DNA of 64,000 bases, from positions 2,062,494-2,126,493 of the forward strand of contig NW_003314268.1 in the NCBI RefSeq assembly GCF_000143415.4. Direction: 5' to 3'. The notes under the pieces are model-generated. The model did no database searches and was not told the DNA's origin. It saw only the letters and a list, made by a program, of their open reading frames with translations. Within the stretch, counting starts at the first letter, position 1; each line of letters starts with the position of its first letter. This document shows, in pieces, positions 59,910 through 64,000 of the stretch. Position numbers and translations under genes: made by a program. This stretch comes from Selaginella moellendorffii (lineage: Eukaryota > Plantae > Lycopodiophyta).

Positions 59910-61807
59910 TCACTGTCCTCTCCTCTTCGTTTCCAGGAGGTTGTTCTCGGATACAATTGCGTTGAGATCGTCCTTTACTTTGTCAATGTCCGCGATTTCC
60001 TGCTCACACCCTTCCAGCTTTGCTTCGAGGTCCGCTATTTCCCGGTCCAACTTGTCCATCTCAAGGACTTTCTCCACAAGGCCACCAAAGCTCTCGTGCA
60101 TGCCGGTCAGGATCCTGTAAGCCAGCCTGCACTGCGGCTCAATCTTGGCGTCCCTGGACGAAGTCATACATGAGTTTACGAAAAACACTAGCATTACAGA
60201 GACTTTAGCGCACCTGAAGATGAGCTCGTCAACCAGGAGGTGGATTCTCCCAAGCCGCTCTTGTGTCGCATTGTAATCTCTCTGAAGAATGCGTGTCTCG
60301 TGAATGATCTTTGTCACATCCGTCTCTTGCTTTTTGCTGTTCTTCACTAGCTCTGTGATGCGACGGACGTAGCTGCCTTTCGGCGCCTGCTTGGGACAAT
60401 TAGCCAGCCTTGTCGTCAACGATGCCTGCTCTTCTTTCCTGTCGTTGAGTTTTTGCTTACACGGCTACAATAAGAAAACGGTGGTACCTTGCGGCGACCT
60501 TTAAGGAGATATCCTCTATCTCTTTCAACATTTTCTCCTCCAGAATCGTCGTCGATTGATTTGACAATATTTCCAGCGAGCGTTGAGAATCACTTATTTC
60601 TTTCTCGTAATGCTCCTTCGCCGTTTCCCTGAATGGAAAACAAAATCTGAAATGGCTTAACAAAATATTAAGCACGTACCAATCCTTTTGTGCAAGATCA
60701 AAAGATTTCTGGCTCGTCTCTATATCAGACTCGAGCTTCTCCAGAGCCGAGTGCGGACTTGAGCAGTTTTTTATCAGCTTAACAGCCTGTTGCAAAACCA
60801 GTAAATCATCCTCAGCGAGCCGAGCTTTCTTCTCTTCCTCGGTAACCGATACGTAGTCTTCGGAGTTATCTTTCTCGTATTTTGCAATCTACCAGAGCGG
60901 TAAGGCACAAGCTTAAAAGCAGTTACAGCACAAAGCTCGTTTGGCTACCTTTGCTTGAGTTTCTTTCAACTCGCTCAGCAGTTCGATATAGAGCTTCTCC
61001 TTGTCTGGGGTGATGTCCAAAAACTTTCCTCCGGCGATGATTCGGGGCTGGCCGCCATACTCTTTGCCTGTACGACCATCTCCCCCTGGATCTTCTGAAC
61101 TGAAAGTCGACGAAACATTCTCAGCGTCATCATCCGAGCCGCTGTCCAACGTACGATAAGGAAGAACTTTCTCTTCTGTGTCAGACCACCCCAGCAAGGC
61201 TTGTCTAACCACAGCATCAATGTTAGAAGTGCCAGTTTCTTTTCTCGACGTCATACTCTTCCGTCTACGATTTGTTCGACCATGACTCGAGCTTGGCGTT
61301 GTTTTGGAAATCTTTTCGAGTAGAAACCGGAGGAGGCGGTGCACATCAGTTTCGTTTGGGTAAAGGAACTGCGACCAGCTCCTGCCGAAAGTGAAATCAA
61401 CTTCTTGCAAAGAAAAAGAAAAAACCAGCCATGCAATTCTATCTTCTGATGTTGTCTAACACGAAGGAAAGAAGAACGAGATCTCATGAATTGTGCTACG
61501 TCCAAGCAAAACAAACTGAAAACGATGTGCTTACCTGATGGAAGTTAAGATTCTCGCGGTAACCGAGCTGCGTCACTCCCTCAGCCAGCTGCATACACAC
61601 TCTAAATCGTACCGAAACCGATTGTGGGACAGATCCAGGCATGTAGACCTCCTCCCTGTATCCGTCGCCGCCGATGATCCGCAGCGCCTGCGAGCACATC
61701 GAAATGAGAGCAGCAGGGCCAATGTCGTGCACAGACGCCACTCCCCGCGGCATCACGATCCCAGCCAGCTCCAGCGCCTCGAGCAAAATCCTCTGCGCAT
61801 CCTCCAT
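59910..61807 (-). CDS. CCDC22: CCDC22 homologue (CCC/Commander complex; multi-exon)
   Basis: MEDAQRILLEAL, RFRVCMQLAEGVTQLGY..FHQFLYPNE, SYVRRITELVKNSKKQ, DELIFRDAK. Confidence 0.88.
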
Positions 61808-63013
61808 CGGACAATAACCCTAAAAATGTAGGCCCCAAAATAAAGAGACAGAGCCCTAAAAGCAGGGCCCCTGTTCTGACCTAAAAGTTGCTTTGCTATT
61901 TGCTAGAGAGAAGAAAATATCTCTAGCCACAGAGACACCACATTTGGAGGTTAAAGCCTTTGCCAACGTCGACAATCCACCAAACGATGCAATGCAAGGC
62001 TTTTTGTAGAATTTTCAATGCATACGAACTCATGATAGTTTTTATAATCATTTTAGGCTGGGCAAGTCAATGATTGAGTGAGTACCCATGGCTTCTTTGT
62101 TTTGACTCCTCGGTACGCTCAATTTTAACTCCCCGGACGACCAGCAACGAATCTTGACTAACAAGGCCATGAAAATAGTAATGAATTCTAGAGTATTGTT
62201 CTTCATGCAATGTATAGATAGCATTAGAATTCATGGCTCACCAGGAATTGATGATATAGCACATGGTCTGAGTTTTGTTCGTTTGACAACATGTAGTTTA
62301 CAAGCTCTCTCTTGCGTGTTGATCTCATCCCGTAAGTTCCTTGGTTGATCCATCACAATCTCTCGACCCAAAGGCCAATTGGCTTGGGCTCCAAACTAGC
62401 CGTCAGTCGGGTGTGGGGACTGAGAGTAAATTCGATTTGTCACTGTCCATGCGAGCGATTGAGCTTTAAAGGGAAGTTCGGGTCCACCACCTTTTATTTT
62501 GCTCATCTTTCTGGGGAATAAAATAGCTATTCTCTAGATTTTTTTTGGGGGGGGAATAATATTGGAGTTGAGATGGAACATCCAAGTTTTCATGATGAAA
62601 AGCTCAAGAAAATTCCCTCCATGCGAAGTACTGTAAATCATACAAAACGCAGTTTGTCAAATGCCAAGACATGGACAATAACTTTGGATTGATTTCTCCA
62701 ACGCAATACATGGTTTCGGAGCAGAGCCCCAAAAGAACACAAAAAATGATCTCGAGAGGAACGCGAGAAATAGACAAGAACAGATACTAAATATTATAGA
62801 TCATAAGCTCTGGCTCCAAATTCTCTAGGCATAAGCTTTGATATTTACAAAAGAGTTGATTTTAGAGAAGAGAGAGAGAGAAGGGAAAAAAAAAAAGGAA
62901 CCGAACTTTTTGTTGCCATATGTTCACGACGTCCGATTATCGATCGATTCGGAGCAAGCAGCCCATCGCCCATCGCTAAAAACTGTCGGCTCGATCGTTC
63001 CAAAAGAACGCGA

Positions 63014-63940
63014 TCAATTCCTCGCAACGCTTTGTCTCTGCTGGTGGTGGTGGTGGTGGCTATGGCTATGGCTACCAGAACCAATCTGATCTCCACCACC
63101 ACCATGCGCATTGTGACTCTCGGAGATGCTCTCCAGCGCAGGCCTCCAAATGCCCGATCTTCCGGAAGACGAGCCGGAGGAAGAACCACAAGAAGAAGAA
63201 GACCTGCTAGATCTCCGCGAGTGTTTGGCGGCGCCACCGCCGCCACCAACCTTACGCGGAAGATAGTTGTGATCTTGGAGAATATCCGCCGCCGCCACCG
63301 CGTCCGCCGCTTTCATCTCCTTCTCCACCAAGAGCTGCTCCAAGTAGCGCTTGGAAACCACCAGCGTCGTCACCCCGCCTTCCTTCTTCACCCGGAATGG
63401 CGGGTGATTGGCGGCGCCGCGAGTGGATTGCTCCGCCGCTGGTTTGGGCGGGGGTGGCGGAGCTGGAGCGTCACTCTTGGAACGGCTCCGCTGCTGCTTG
63501 GAGCTCTTGACCTCGTGATGGGCGGCGGCGGCGACGCTCACATTCTCCTGCGAGTGGCACTGGAACTTGTAGGCACGGCACCCCACCTCGGCGCTGGAGC
63601 TCCTGGTGGTGGCGGCGGAGGGATCCAGCGGCAGCAGCAGGAATTTGGGATTGGAATCCTCGGCGCTGAGGCATTTGGCAAGCTTGAGCTTGTCCTCCTC
63701 TGTTGACGATGAGCGAGGAGGAGACGAGGACGAGGACGAAGAAGGAAGAGTGGAGAGGGATGGATTGGGAATGGAGTTTAGACCTGCTGCCAGCGCCCCC
63801 GCTCTGTACTTCTCCTGCGCCCAGATGAGCTCCGCCGCTCGAATCGGGCGGATTAGCCGCTCTACTCTGCCATTCGTGTTCACCACCTGGACGACCTCCA
63901 TCGCTCCACAGATTAAAACGCAAGACATCAAATTCCCCAT
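63014..63940 (-). CDS. DUF4228/PADRE-domain protein (intronless)
   Basis: MGN N-myristoylation start, VVQVVNTNGRVE..PIRAAEL, C-terminal WRPALESISE. Confidence 0.85.
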   Translation of the reverse strand: MGNLMSCVLICGAMEVVQVVNTNGRVERLIRPIRAAELIWAQEKYRAGALAAGLNSIPNPSLSTLPSSSSSSSPPRSSSTEEDKLKLAKCLSAEDSNPKFLLLPLDPSAATTRSSSAEVGCRAYKFQCHSQENVSVAAAAHHEVKSSKQQRSRSKSDAPAPPPPPKPAAEQSTRGAANHPPFRVKKEGGVTTLVVSKRYLEQLLVEKEMKAADAVAAADILQDHNYLPRKVGGGGGAAKHSRRSSRSSSSCGSSSGSSSGRSGIWRPALESISESHNAHGGGGDQIGSGSHSHSHHHHHQQRQSVARN

Positions 63941-64000
63941 CGCTTCCTCCTTCTCCCCTATTTGTGTGGTCTTCCCTCTTTAAGGCGAGAGAGTCTCGCA

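Overview
Gene-dense eukaryotic DNA from a non-seed land plant. Introns of about 45-70 nt, very short intergenic gaps, tandem-S-motif PPR genes, a cilium-associated kinesin and a Tcn1-type chromovirus point to a lycophyte such as Selaginella (inference). Left block (1-20.8 kb): KIF12/kinesin-16, NRT2, NPK1/ANP MAPKKK, ACT-domain STY kinase, acid lipase, mtHSP70, an RLCK pseudokinase, S1P/SBT6.1 and a PPR. Accessory island (21-44 kb): a decayed diterpene synthase, a chimeric gene splicing an ACBP4-type kelch propeller in frame to a Crinkler-like (degenerate REase-fold) domain with an acidic tail, a solo LTR, and a self-priming Ty3/gypsy chromovirus with a -1 frameshift signal. A second, tRNA-Met-primed LTR element is nested inside that chromovirus. 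Right block (44.7-64 kb): phytocyanin, CCS52A/FZR, an Asp-less pseudouridine synthase, mitochondrial LEA3, cytochrome b561, acyl-protein thioesterase, a His-rich NiCoT-like protein, a PPR, a small 4-exon orphan ORF, NRAMP, CCDC22 and DUF4228/PADRE. All family calls come from motif recognition by eye; no database searches were run.
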